DNA of 63,335 nucleotides, counting the filler, from Octopus bimaculoides (lineage: Eukaryota), in NCBI RefSeq assembly GCF_001194135.2. It is 7 parts of 6 records of this genome, joined end to end, with 100 filler letters (N's around TTAATTAATTAA, not from the genome) between each part and the next. Parts side by side here need not be neighbours in the genome. Positions count along the whole stretch, not along the records: positions 45,497 to 54,043 come from NC_068982.1; positions 54,144 to 61,450 come from NW_026354711.1; positions 61,551 to 63,335 come from NC_068993.1; 4 more parts are not named here. One strand, 5' to 3'. Position numbers and translations under genes: made by a program. Positions 52,070 to 63,017 of the stretch are shown here, piece after piece. The notes under the pieces are model-generated. The model was not told where the DNA came from. It worked only from the letters and a program-made list of their open reading frames with translations, and searched no databases. Numbering within the stretch: position 1 is the first letter of the stretch; each line of letters opens with the position of its first letter.

Positions 52070-53560
52070 CACTGACCCAATGACAGGACCACCGACGAGA
52101 CTGGTCTGCGGAGCCAAAGTTGCCAACAACTACCGGATCTCCTACTTCCTCTCAATGGTCATACACCCTCTGATAAAAATGTCACCAGATGTGTGTGATA
52201 GCATGGAGGACCTCAACAGAATCAATGAGTGCAACCATGCCTACGACCTGACGGGGTGCATAATAGGCAGTATGGACGTAGTATCCCTATACCCATCCAT
52301 TAATGTTGATTTTGCCGTGGAGAAATGTGTGGGGTGATCTGCGAGAGTTATGTGGAGTTTCGTGGTGTTTACACAGAAGAACTAGGCCTCCTCTTGAGAC
52401 TGACACTCGACAATGATTACTTAGATTAACATGACCTTAATTGTTTCTTCCCCATTAGATCGATAAGAGGTAGACCCCCTAGTATAACTTCTATGGCAAA
52501 GAAGACCCCTACAGAGAGATGGAACAGAGTTATATAGACCCCCCAAAACAATGATCAGGTTAAAAAGATGGTCGCACATGCAGTGGGAGCGAGTACCAAG
52601 ACCACACTCAAGGGCCATATATTTAAGTTTAATAACAAGGTATACGACCAAGAGGAAGATGCAGCCATTGGTGTCAGCATCGCTGGCGATGTGGTTAACC
52701 TATTTATGGTAAGGTGGAATAGAAGACTTAAAGAGAAATTAGCAGAGAACTCCATAAATCTAACCATCTACTCCCGCTATGTGAATGATATCAACATAGT
52801 AGCCAAAGCACCCCTACAAGACAATGTCGATGATCTAGAAGCAGACACAACAGCAAATAGCTAGCTCCATCCACCAGAGTATTGAAATAACGATAGACTA
52901 CCCTAGTAAGCATCTAAACTATAGATTACCCGTTTTAGACACAGAACTCTGGCTAGGAAAGAAGAATGGTAAGGTCCAGATCCTTCACGCTCATCATGCC
53001 AAGCCTATGACCTCTAAGTACTTTGTTCACAAGAACGCAGCGATTGCAGACAACGCCAAGTTCAACATTCTTATAGCTAACTTGGTGAGAGTGATGAGGA
53101 ATGTGTCTCACGCGTGCAACCCTATGGAATTGGAAAGACACATACAACACTTCATCCGCCGCATGCAGTTCTCAGGCTACAATCAAAGTGACATGATTAG
53201 AGTGTACAAAGGAACCAGGACTAAGTACAAAGCCATCATAGAGAATGATATTAAGTGGATCATCCCCCATAAAATCCCTGATCTGTAGAATCTATTCCTT
53301 TTATAAGTACGCGGGAAAATTGTGTTGTATGTAGGATGAACCCACGGGCTAACTGTAAAATTAGGAATGTAGTGTATAGTTTACGATGTACTGAGGAACG
53401 GTGCAGAAACATGACAACTACCTACATTGCAGAGACTGCACGTAGCATAGGAGAACGTATAGGTGTACATTGGCGAGAGCTCAAAGAAGAAAAAGGCTCG
53501 TCAGTGCTCTACCAACATGTTCAGGCAGATAGAAAACACGAATGGAACAGTAACACCCAC
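52070..53560 (+). mobile_element. Penelope-like retroelement 2 (decayed): RT + GIY-YIG
   Basis: RT: GSMDVVSLYPSI, GHIFKFNNKVYDQ..AIGVSIAG..NLFM..W, YSRYVND (for YVDD), LPVLDTELW, and a thumb-like KPMTSK...HKNA. GIY-YIG: CKIRNVVYSLRC...YIAETARSIGERIGVH. Stops and frameshifts are present. Confidence 0.88.
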
Positions 53561-53749
53561 CACCACACCACACCACGTAACTAAAGCCAGAAGGGAAGAG
53601 AAGAGAGAGAGGAAAAAATAATAGTAAATAAAACAGATACAAACAGGGTAATACACATACAATAGACATTTATGCACACACCTGTGATACATATGAGAAA
53701 TAGAGATAGATAAATATAAAATATATATATATATATGTTCCACCAATTG

Positions 53750-53965
53750 TCCCAGGTTCTCAAAGTGGATATAGGTTTGTAAGAGGCATCACAGATCTTC
53801 AGTCTCAGACAGTTGCTGGGAAAGGGCGTAGAACGGAGATTTCAACGTTAGCAATTTTTTGTTGAACAATCCAAAGCCTTTGATAGAGTGAATAGAAATG
53901 TACTAAGAATTTCAAGAAGTTGATATCCAGTTAAGTTTGTTGATTTGTTTGTTCAACAACATGCT
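53750..53965 (+). mobile_element. RTE-like reverse transcriptase fragment
   Basis: SQSGYRFVRGITD / LRQLLGK..E...FFVEQSKAFDRVNR matches the QxGFR..R.T.D...LRQL.EK...FVD..KAFD.V pattern. Confidence 0.7.
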
Positions 53966-54087
53966 GCTTCAATTTAAATGGTGTACTGTTTGGAACTAAT
54001 ACCAGTATCCCATGAAGAATTCTCTAGTACAAAATTTGAATTCNNNNNNNNNNNNNNNNNNNNNNNNNNNNNNNNNNNNNNNNNNNN

Positions 54088-54099
54088 TTAATTAATTAA
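54088..54099. other. Artificial assembly spacer TTAATTAATTAA
   Basis: 44N-12-44N construct. Confidence 0.95.
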
Positions 54100-54212
54100 N
54101 NNNNNNNNNNNNNNNNNNNNNNNNNNNNNNNNNNNNNNNNNNNACGTAAAATACTGTCTATGTGATCTCAAATTTTAAAGCAAACATAATTTTCTTATGG
54201 TTTCTTAAACAT

Positions 54213-54545
54213 TCACTTGAACAAAACTGTACAAATCCAAATATATGGTACCCTAGGCATAACACCTACATGAACTTCTAACTTGTTGTCTCTTGAGGTC
54301 TCTGGGTGAGACTTGGATCCAACTTGTACAAATGCAAAACAAAAGTCAAACATAAAATAATAATAATAATAATAATAATAACAACATCGAAAAATACCTA
54401 AGGAATGAGAACCCAGGTTCGAAATTTCCCCAGGACACCTGATGTAGGCTGGAGGGTATAGCAGCCGAAACGTTGTGTTAACGACAAACAAGATGAGGAG
54501 AAATATCCGTCAAATGTAAATAATGTACACAATTCCTCATCTCTC
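54213..54545 (+). repeat. Dispersed repeat with internal (AAT)n and a hammerhead-like motif (probable PLE pLTR derivative)
   Basis: The left part is shared, inverted, with 24875-25016. The right part carries the motif at 54434-54479. Confidence 0.7.
54434..54479 (+). ncRNA. Minimal type I hammerhead-like motif, A9 mutated
   Basis: GACAC-CTGATG(T)-A-GGCTG...CAGCC-GAAA-CGT-T-GTGTT. Stem I is 5 bp, stem II is 5 bp, and stem III is the palindrome ACGT. T54445 replaces the conserved A9. Confidence 0.55.
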
Positions 54546-54768
54546 AAATATAGAATTGTAAAATCTTCCCTGTTTTAGGCTTGTAATAGCCTTGCTGCAT
54601 TTTGAGCATGGATTTAAGCTCATGTTTGACACATATGATTTTCAAGTCATAACTTCACCACAGCTTGATCATGTGACTGAGTTGTCCAATCAACAACTGT
54701 TGTTCATGAGATAGTTTCTTTAGTTCATCTAGAACTTTCCATAAATGCAGTCTATTAATACTGTCATG

Positions 54769-55092
54769 TGAAGGCACATGGCTTCATGGTTAGGGCATTC
54801 GACTCATGATCAAAAGGTTGTGAGTTCAATTCCCAGTGATGTGTTGTGTCCTTGAGCAAGACACTTTATTTTCATGTTGCTCTAGTCCACTCAGCTGGCA
54901 AAAATGAATAGTACCTGTATTTCAAAGGGGTCAACCTTGTCGCACTCTGTGTTACACTAAATCTTCTTGAGAACTATGTTAAGGGTACACATGTCTGTGG
55001 AGTACTCAGCCATTTGCATATTAATTTCACAAGAAGGCTGTTCCATTGATTGTATCAGTTGGGACCCTCGTTGTCGTAACAGACAGAGTGCT
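54769..55092 (+). mobile_element. SINE-C', full length
   Basis: Head as at 26750, tail as at 34790-34974. Confidence 0.88.
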
Positions 55093-55194
55093 CCTTTTAA
55101 TACAGTCATAAAAGGTGCAAATTTCAGAGTGTTTTGGGTTAAGTTTTGAATTGCACACTCTCTGGCTGTTCTAAGGGAAGTATACTCAACTGAT

Positions 55195-55327
55195 GCAGCA
55201 GATATGGCTTGGAGCAGCAGATATGCAGTGGAGCAGCAGATATGCAGTGGAGCAGCAGATATGCAGTGGAGCAGCAGATATGCAGTGGAGCAGCAGATAT
55301 GCAGTGGAGCAGCAGATATAGCTTGGT
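55195..55327. repeat. 19-bp minisatellite, 7 copies
   Basis: Five copies of GCAGCAGATATGCAGTGGA, flanked by two variant units containing GCTTGG. Confidence 0.95.
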
Positions 55328-55426
55328 ATCTGTATGTGTTCCCTGCCATACATTCATACATGAGCTATCTTTGTTCCTGAAATTTAAATTTGAATTTAAT
55401 TAATGTCTTGACAGAAACATTTCCCT

Positions 55427-56125
55427 CAAAACTGTCTCCTGTCCTCTTTCCTTCATATGCCAGAATTCAAAACCGTCTCCTGTCCTCTTTCCTCCACAAA
55501 CGAGAATTCAAAACTGTCTCCTGTCCGCTTTCCTTCATATGCCAGAATTCAAAACCGTCTCCTGTCCTCTTTCCTCCACANNNNNNNNNNNNNNNNNNNN
55601 NNNNNNNNNNNNNNNNNNNNNNNNNNNNNNNNNNNNNNNNNNNNNNNNNNNNNNNNNNNNNNNNNNNNNNNNNNNNNNNNNNNNNNNNNNNNNNNNNNNN
55701 NNNNNNNNNNNNNNNNNNNNNNNNNNNNNNNNNNNNNNNNNNNNNNNNNNNNNNNNNNNNNNNNNNNNNNNNNNNNNNNNNNNNNNNNNNNNNNNNNNNN
55801 NNNNNNNNNNNNNNNNNNNNNNNNNNNNNNNNNNNNNNNNNNNNNNNNNNNNNNNNNNNNNNNNNNNNNNNNNNNNNNNNNNNNNNNNNNNNNNNNNNNN
55901 NNNNNNNNNNNNNNNNNNNNNNNNNNNNNNNNNNNNNNNNNNNNNNNNNNNNNNNNNNNNNNNNNNNNNNNNNNNNAAACTGTCTCCTGTCCTCTTTCCT
56001 CCACAAACGAGAATTCAAAACTGTCTCCTGTCCTCTTTCCTCCACAAACGAGAATTCAAAACTGTCTCCTGTCCTCTTTCCTTCATATGTCAGAATTCAA
56101 AACCGTCTCCTGTCCTCTTTCCTCC
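55427..56125. repeat. 41-bp satellite with two unit variants, spanning an N gap
   Basis: GAATTCAAAAC(T/C)GTCTCCTGTCCTCTTTCC followed by either TTCATATG(C/T)CA or TCCACAAACGA, on both sides of the 55581-55976 gap. Confidence 0.93.
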
Positions 56126-56534
56126 ATACACCAGACCACACCCAAACACCCACTATCTGCCACTAGCAGCTTCTTTTTAATCAACCAAACAGCTTGAAAG
56201 CCCATTAGAATAACTTGCAGTGCATACAGGAGGTGGGGGCCCAAGCTAATTGCCTACACTCCTGACATAGCAAACAAAAACCAACACCTCGCCTTCCACC
56301 TCACAGAATGACTCCCCCCATATAGGTAACAGCAGAAAGACTACAAGGCCGATCACTATTTGTCTGTTTTCTAAGGTCACAGAAAGTACTCGAAATAATA
56401 ATGGCTTTCTCACCAGCACAAAAACAAGGATTTAAACAACCCCGACAGCAGCAAAATTGATGATAGAAAGGGAAACAACAATAACAACGAAGCGAGTGCG
56501 AATACAGGAAATAACAAAAACATTGAAAATAATC

Positions 56535-56742
56535 CTTTCTACTATAGGCACAAGGCCTGAAATTTGGTGGGAGGGGATGAGTTCATTAGATTGGCCCCAC
56601 TGCATAACTGGTACTTAGTTTACCAACCCTTAAAGGATGAAGGGCAAAGTCAACCCCGGCAGTATTTGAACTCAGGACATGAAGACAAACGAAATATTGC
56701 TAAGCGTTTCGTCTGGCATGCTAACGATTCTGCCAGCTTGCT
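56535..56742 (-). mobile_element. SINE-B
   Basis: CTTTCTACTATAGGCACAAGGCCTGAAATT...GCTAACGATTCTGCCAGC. Confidence 0.8.
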
Positions 56743-56857
56743 GTCTTAAGAAGATTGAGAATAATAAGAAAGTATTAACACCAAAAGAACAATACGGCTT
56801 ACAATAGTGCTATCACCAGTAATGACAGTAACAATATTAGCAAATAATAATAGTAAT

Positions 56858-57150
56858 AACAAAAGCACTCAGAGAGCACAAACCTCTGCCAAGGCAACAC
56901 CAAACTGAAATTATCTGAAATAAACTCGACTTCTCTCACAAACAAGAATATTTAAAATGAACCCAACTGCTCTCAAAAATTATCAGATCGATCCCAAAAT
57001 CTAAACAGTTCGTGCCAGTCACAAGTCCAAACATCCCTGAAAGTTTCATCCAAATTTATCCAGTGGTTCTTGAGATATCTTGTCCATGGACAAACAAACA
57101 AACAAACATGACTGGAAACAATACCTCCACCTTCGCTAAGGTGGAGGTAA
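56858..57150. mobile_element. Non-autonomous Helentron/HINE (DINE-1-like) element
   Basis: Terminal hairpin ACCTCCACCTT-CGCT-AAGGTGGAGGT (57123-57148), an (AAAC)n tract just before it, a related CCTCTGCCAAGG near the other end, A/T-rich flanks and no TSD. Confidence 0.55.
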
Positions 57151-57158
57151 TAATAATA

Positions 57159-59412
57159 TACCCTGGGTATGGCTTGAAACATCATCTGGTTGTGGCATCT
57201 TGACATGGGATGAATAAGGTTATCCTTAACCACAACTACTTTCAGGTCACCGTTGAGCCAAGTATAGAAACTGTAAGCCCACCCTGGGACCTTGACACAC
57301 CAGGTTGGCATCGAGTGGGGTTAAGTCTTGATAAAAACACAGGTGGTTGTGTCACCTTATCACCAAAATCCTCATAAGTGAAACTGAAATACAAGGTCTT
57401 ATACAATGACATGGATGTGACTGGAACTGAAACAATGTATACGAGGGTAGGTGTGGACTCTCTTAGCCTTGGTTAGCAACCCACCTAGTGATGGTGTCAT
57501 GCTAAAAATACTGGTGATTGCACATCCTTACAAATGCTATCTCTAAATGAGCGATGTCAAAATCAAAACATAATCACAAATGCACTCACCAGACTAGAGC
57601 TGTGAAGGTGTCACCCATGGCAGACAAAGTGTGTATGGTGAAGCTCTGGCAGATCGTCATCAAGCCATTGATCACGGCCAAAATCGAAGTCAAAAGGGCA
57701 AAAAAAAAGAAAAAGGAAAGGGGGAGAAAGAGAGAAATAAGATTGTAATTGAATATTGGCTGAGAAGTTGTCAAATAAAAAAAGCTTCATGAAACAAATG
57801 AAGAGAATATGGGATGAAAAAGGAGTTTTGAAGCATCTTCCCAGTAACTGATAGATCAGGTAAGAGTAATTCATATGAACGACTGGAATACCAGAATAGA
57901 GGTTGAACTCCAGAAAAGAGTAAAAAATAAGAAGGAACAAAGAAGACCAGCAATAGCATAAAGTGTTAAATAAGGGATCAGGGATGAAGAATATGGAAAA
58001 ACAAAAAAAGGAAATCGCCATGTGATGAGATTGCTGATGAAGTAAATAGTGAAGATGATTTAGTTGGACAAATGGCAGTAAATGCTGCACAAGGCCTTGA
58101 ATTAGGAAGAGAAGGACATTCAAGAAATGCTGTGAGATAAAATGTGTAATGGGAACAATGAAGTACAGCCAAATGTCAGATATATGAAAAGTATGGAGAT
58201 CTACAGGCAAAATAAAAGTTGTTTTGAGCTTGATTAAAACAGAGAAAAAACATTAGTGAAACAAACCAGCAAATCAGGGCTGCTGCTAATGCTATAGCTG
58301 ACATAGTGGGATGCAAGCGGAAAAACTGAAGAAATGAAAGGAAAGCTGTTGACAATGCATGGAGGCCACCATCTGATGGTTGATATCAACCAGCTGCACT
58401 TAAAGAGAGACCATGGTGGAATAAGGCTTAATTACCATGGAAGAGTGCGTACAGATTTTAAAAAAACCTACTAGAATATTTACAAAAGAGCACAGAGAAA
58501 TTACTAAAGACAAAGAATAAGGAACAAATGATCAAGTGTGGAATAGGAGAAAAGGACAAGAATGAAATTCAAAAAGGATATGTTTGATAAATGGAAGAGA
58601 ACTTTTGCATGGTCAAATTTGGAAAGCCACTGAGAAAGTATGTGGAACAAAATCCAAGACTTGGTTAAAAAAAGGGCAATTAAAAAAAGAAACAGATAGC
58701 CTAATTGTAGCAGCCTAGGATCAAGCTATAAAAACAAACAACTTGAAGGAAAATATATATGGGGAGAATCGCAGAAAAATGTAGAACTTGTGGAACTTGG
58801 AATGAGACAGTGGCATACATTGTGACAGAATGTTCCAATTTAGCACAGGAGAAATATAAGAAATGGAGGCATGACCAGGAAACTGTGCCAGAAATGGGAA
58901 TTTAAAGCTGGAGGCAAAGTATGAACATTGGGTTGAAAGAGAGGTGAAGTTGAAGAATTGTAAGATTCTGAGGAACTCTTCATTTTCAAACAGACAAAAA
59001 GCTAGAAAATAATAGACCAGACATTACAATAACAGATAAGAAAAATCAAATGGTCCATCATGTCCATTTGATTCCAAGATTGTACAGAAACAAGATGAAA
59101 AACAAAAAGTTACAATCCCTTAAAATTTGAAATTGCAAGAATTTTGAATACGAAAATTGTAAAGGTTGTGCCTATAATAAGTGATGCATTGGGAAATGTA
59201 AGCAAAGATATAGACAAATGGTTAAAGGAGATTGGAACAGAATGTATCTGTTGAGCTTCTTATGGAAAGTTTGCCTCTTAGGGACAACAAAGGTTATCAG
59301 GAGGGTCTTAAAGCATTTAAAAGACTATTGAAAAATTGAGGATATCTAAGGTTACAAGTAGTTACCTGCTACTTACATAAGTTCTACCAGGAATAAGATC
59401 AAACCTGAGTCA
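57159..59412 (+). mobile_element. R4/Dong-like LINE, internally deleted and decayed, bounded by (TAA)n
   Basis: FMKQMKRIWDEKG...*LIDQVRVI (N-terminus); TMHGGHH..DINQLHLKRDHGG (post-RT); LKKETDSLIVAA*DQAI, KCRTCG...ETVAYIVTEC (CCHC); NNRPDITITDK...LKFEIARI...VVPII.DALG...CLLGTTKVIRRVL (RLE). The core RT is absent. TAATAATA lies at the inferred 5' boundary and (AAT)n at 59415-59480. Confidence 0.8.
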
Positions 59413-59468
<56 letters not shown>

Positions 59469-59481
59469 CAACAACAATAAT

Positions 59482-59655
59482 AATCCTTTCTACTATAAGC
59501 ACAAGGCCTGAAATTTGGAGGAGGGGCATATCCAATTATATCGATCCCAGTGCATAACTGGTACTTAATTTACTGACCCTGAAAGATATAGTTGACCTCT
59601 GAGGAATTTGAACTCAGAATGTAAAGGCAGATGAAACGTCACTAAGCTTGCCACC
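59482..59655 (-). mobile_element. SINE-B
   Basis: Reverse complement of B. It shares the (AAT)n tract with the Dong-like element. Confidence 0.75.
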
Positions 59656-60264
59656 TTATAATAATAATAGCAACAACAATAATAATAACAAGAAATTAAA
59701 ACAAGAAATTAAAACAAAGATTAATTTCTTTTTTTTGAAGTTCTTTTACTTTTACATTTCTTTTTAAGTTGAAAAATATAATGAGAAATTATTGAATATG
59801 TTATTTGAAAATCATTTATTATGTAACATGTTATTCAAATTTCCTTGTGTGCACACAGCAAGAAATAACAATTTGTACAGAAGTTTTACCTAGAGTGTGT
59901 GTGTGTATGTGTGTCAAAGGAAGTTATTTTATGGCATTCTTTCATTTCAAGAAGCAAAGTTGTCAACTCGACATATTTGGGATCATATGATTGGTTGTTA
60001 ATTTCCGTAAAATTCTTTTAATTTCTTTATGCTTCGAAGAGAGCAAAAATTGAAAGAGAGGATAAAGTGAAAAAGTGACATTTGCTTTGAAGTGAGAGGA
60101 GAAAGTAAAAGAGAGAAGACAGTTAATAATGTACATGTATATGAAATGGATGTGTGTATGTGTGAGAGAGAGAGTGTGTGATTGAGTGTCACTTACACAT
60201 ACATGAGAACACACATGTTCACTCACTCACTTTACACACAGTCTATCATACATACATCTAAAAT

Positions 60265-60400
60265 TTCAATCATTTATTTTTTACTTGTTTTAGCCATTAG
60301 ACTATGGCCATACTGGGGCACCACTGTGAAGAATTTTACTCAAACAAATGGACCCCAGAACATTTCTTTTCTTTTTGAAGTTTGGTACCTATTCTATCAC
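60265..60400 (-). mobile_element. SINE-A 3' fragment
   Basis: TTTTACTTGTTTTAGCCATTAGACTATGGCCATACTGGGGCACC...GACCCCAG. Confidence 0.65.
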
Positions 60401-60489
60401 ATGTACATACAAAAAAGATGTATTGATATGTATTTGTGTACGTATACATGACAACACACCCCTTCACTTACTCTCTCTCTCTCTCTCTC

Positions 60490-60522
<33 letters not shown>

Positions 60523-61494
60523 TTTTTTCTCCCTTCCTCTCTCTGTATCTTTCTCCCTTCCTCTCTCTCTCTTTCTCCCTTCTCTCTCTCTCCTCCTCTC
60601 TTCCTCTCTCTCCCCCTCTTTCTCTCTCTCCCTCTAACACATGACCATTTCATATACACATACATACATCTTTTATTTTCTCCTCTCTTCCATTTTAAAA
60701 CAAAAGTTAATAAATAAAAATTTTTTTACAGAAATTAACAAATACAGATGACAGCTCTGCAAGTCAAAACGAAAGATCGCCTAAGCAACTTTCTTTATTA
60801 AAATACAAATGTGACTAATTTGGAGAAACATTACTTTCATTATTCACACATTGTCAGTCTTGTAATCAAATACTGTAATTTTGGTTGAAATTGAAAGAGT
60901 GAAACTATTTTCACTTTCTAATGAAACCTAGTTGTTGTAACTTTCAATATCAGTGCATTTCACTGTTGGGTGGTAAAGTCACATACATATACTAAGACAC
61001 ACACACACATTAATTAACACACACCTCAAGCCTATGTCTGTCCCTGTGTGTGTCTGTTTGTGTCTTTAGATGTGTGTGTGTCAGTTGTCACTAAAATGTA
61101 TGTATACTGACAGACACAAACACCATTACACACATATCCTTGTCAGTCATCGGCCTAACATACATAACAAGTGCGCAAACACATATAGAAAATGTGACGT
61201 CATCGTCTTTGAGGTGGCGGTGGTAAAAGATGTTGTTTACAATAGGTGACTAAAAGAAAAAATGATAATCTTAAATTTTTGTAATGCAAATAAGTGAATG
61301 AAAATATTGTTTGGTTGATAACAAAAAATTATTGAATCTTTTGATACTCCTTACAGTGAAATTGGTAACTCAATTTTGGAATGCATAAGGAACATATGCA
61401 CACACACGCGCACATACAAACTCACTTTGATATAAATATATATATATATANNNNNNNNNNNNNNNNNNNNNNNNNNNNNNNNNNNNNNNNNNNN

Positions 61495-61506
61495 TTAATT
61501 AATTAA
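61495..61506. other. Artificial assembly spacer TTAATTAATTAA
   Basis: 44N-12-44N construct. Confidence 0.95.
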
Positions 61507-62195
61507 NNNNNNNNNNNNNNNNNNNNNNNNNNNNNNNNNNNNNNNNNNNNGAGAGAGAGAGAGAGAGAGAGAGAGAGTGAGAGAGAGAGAGTGAGAGAGA
61601 GAGAGTGAGAGAGAGAGAGTTGGGTGCAATGGGAGAAAGTCTAAGATAGGGAAAAAGAAGAAAAAGCGTTGGAGAAGAAATGAAACAAAAAAAGAAAAAA
61701 GACCAAAAACCCCCGAGGTTCTGAATATTTTTACTTTTAATAAAAAGAAAACGGACAGAAAGGAAGATGGAAGACATTGGCAACAACAGCAACAACAAAA
61801 GCAACAACAAAAACAGCAGCAGCAGCAGTAGTATAACAATAACAATAACAACAGCAGCAACTACAATAACAGAATCATTAATAGCAACACTAACTGAAGC
61901 AATTGCAGCAATAGCACCACGATAAACAGCAACTTCACCACCACCCCTATCGCCGCCGCCGCCGTCCTCGTCCTCATCCTCCTCCTCCTCCTCCTCATCA
62001 TTAGCAACATCACAAGCACCATGATCATGAACAGCAACGTGAGCAAGGTAGCAAGAATAAGCAAAGAGAAGAAAAGTGTTCGCCCCTACGGAGTCTCCCC
62101 ATATGCTAGTAGTAGCACCCATAGAAGTCACTTTCATTCCATTCTCCACTGTCTTGTAAAGGGACTCACCGAATAATAATGCATGTCTGCGGTGC

Positions 62196-62346
62196 AGGCA
62201 TGGGTGCATGATCAAGAAGCTCGCTTTGCAACCACGTGGTTTCAGGTTCAAGCCACGGTGCAGTACCTTGTCTTTTACTATAGCCCCAGGCAGATTGACT
62301 GATGACTTGTGAGTGAATTTTACAGACAGAAAGTTTGTGGAAACCA
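62196..62346 (+). mobile_element. SINE-A head
   Basis: GCAACCACGTGGTTTCAGGTTCAAGCC...CTTGTGAGTGAATTTT..GACAG. Runs into an N gap. Confidence 0.7.
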
Positions 62347-62972
62347 NNNNNNNNNNNNNNNNNNNNNNNNNNNNNNNNNNNNNNNNNNNNNNNNNNNNNN
62401 NNNNNNNNNNNNNNNNNNNNNNNNNNNNNNNNNNNNNNNNNNNNNNNNNNNNNNNNNNNNNNNNNNNNNNNNNNNNNNNNNNNNNNNNNNNNNNNNNNNN
62501 NNNNNNNNNNNNNNNNNNNNNNNNNNNNNNNNNNNNNNNNNNNNNNNNNNNNNNNNNNNNNNNNNNNNNNNNNNNNNNNNNNNNNNNNNNNNNNNNNNNN
62601 NNNNNNNNNNNNNNNNNNNNNNNNNNNNNNNNNNNNNNNNNNNNNNNNNNNNNNNNNNNNNNNNNNNNNNNNNNNNNNNNNNNNNNNNNNNNNNNNNNNN
62701 NNNNNNNNNNNNNNNNNNNNNNNNNNNNNNNNNNNNNNNNNNNNNNNNNNNNNNNNNNNNNNNNNNNNNNNNNNNNNNNNNNNNNNNNNNNNNNNNNNNN
62801 NNNNNNNNNNNNNNNNNNNNNNNNNNNNNNNNNNNNNNNNNNNNNNNNNNNNNTATCGAAAAAGTGAAAACAAGCAATGTTAATTCTCTAAATGAAGTAT
62901 TAAGAATTTCACTGGAAAAATATACATAAGGTTGCCAAGAATTTATATCTCTCATCGAAGGTCGGTAGCTAT

Positions 62973-63017
62973 CGGACGCTGACGAAGGGAAATAACCCTG
63001 AAACCCGGGTCCGTTCG
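62973..63017 (+). ncRNA. Type I hammerhead ribozyme, core apparently intact
   Basis: Stem I CGGACG/CGTTCG (6 bp with one G-U), CTGACGA (62979-62985), stem II AGGG/CCCT, GAAA (63000-63003), palindromic stem III ACCCGGGT, and a GUC triplet with predicted cleavage after C63011. Confidence 0.8.

Noticed and set aside
55427-56125. CRISPR-like repeat/spacer appearance
   Set aside because: The variable parts are only 11 bp and of two recurring types, there are no cas genes, and the context is eukaryotic.
61499-62251. 250-aa minus-strand ORF with a poly-E/G stretch and a GTGAGT donor-like site
   Set aside because: It starts inside a SINE-A head, is built from trinucleotide repeats, and ends in the artificial spacer.
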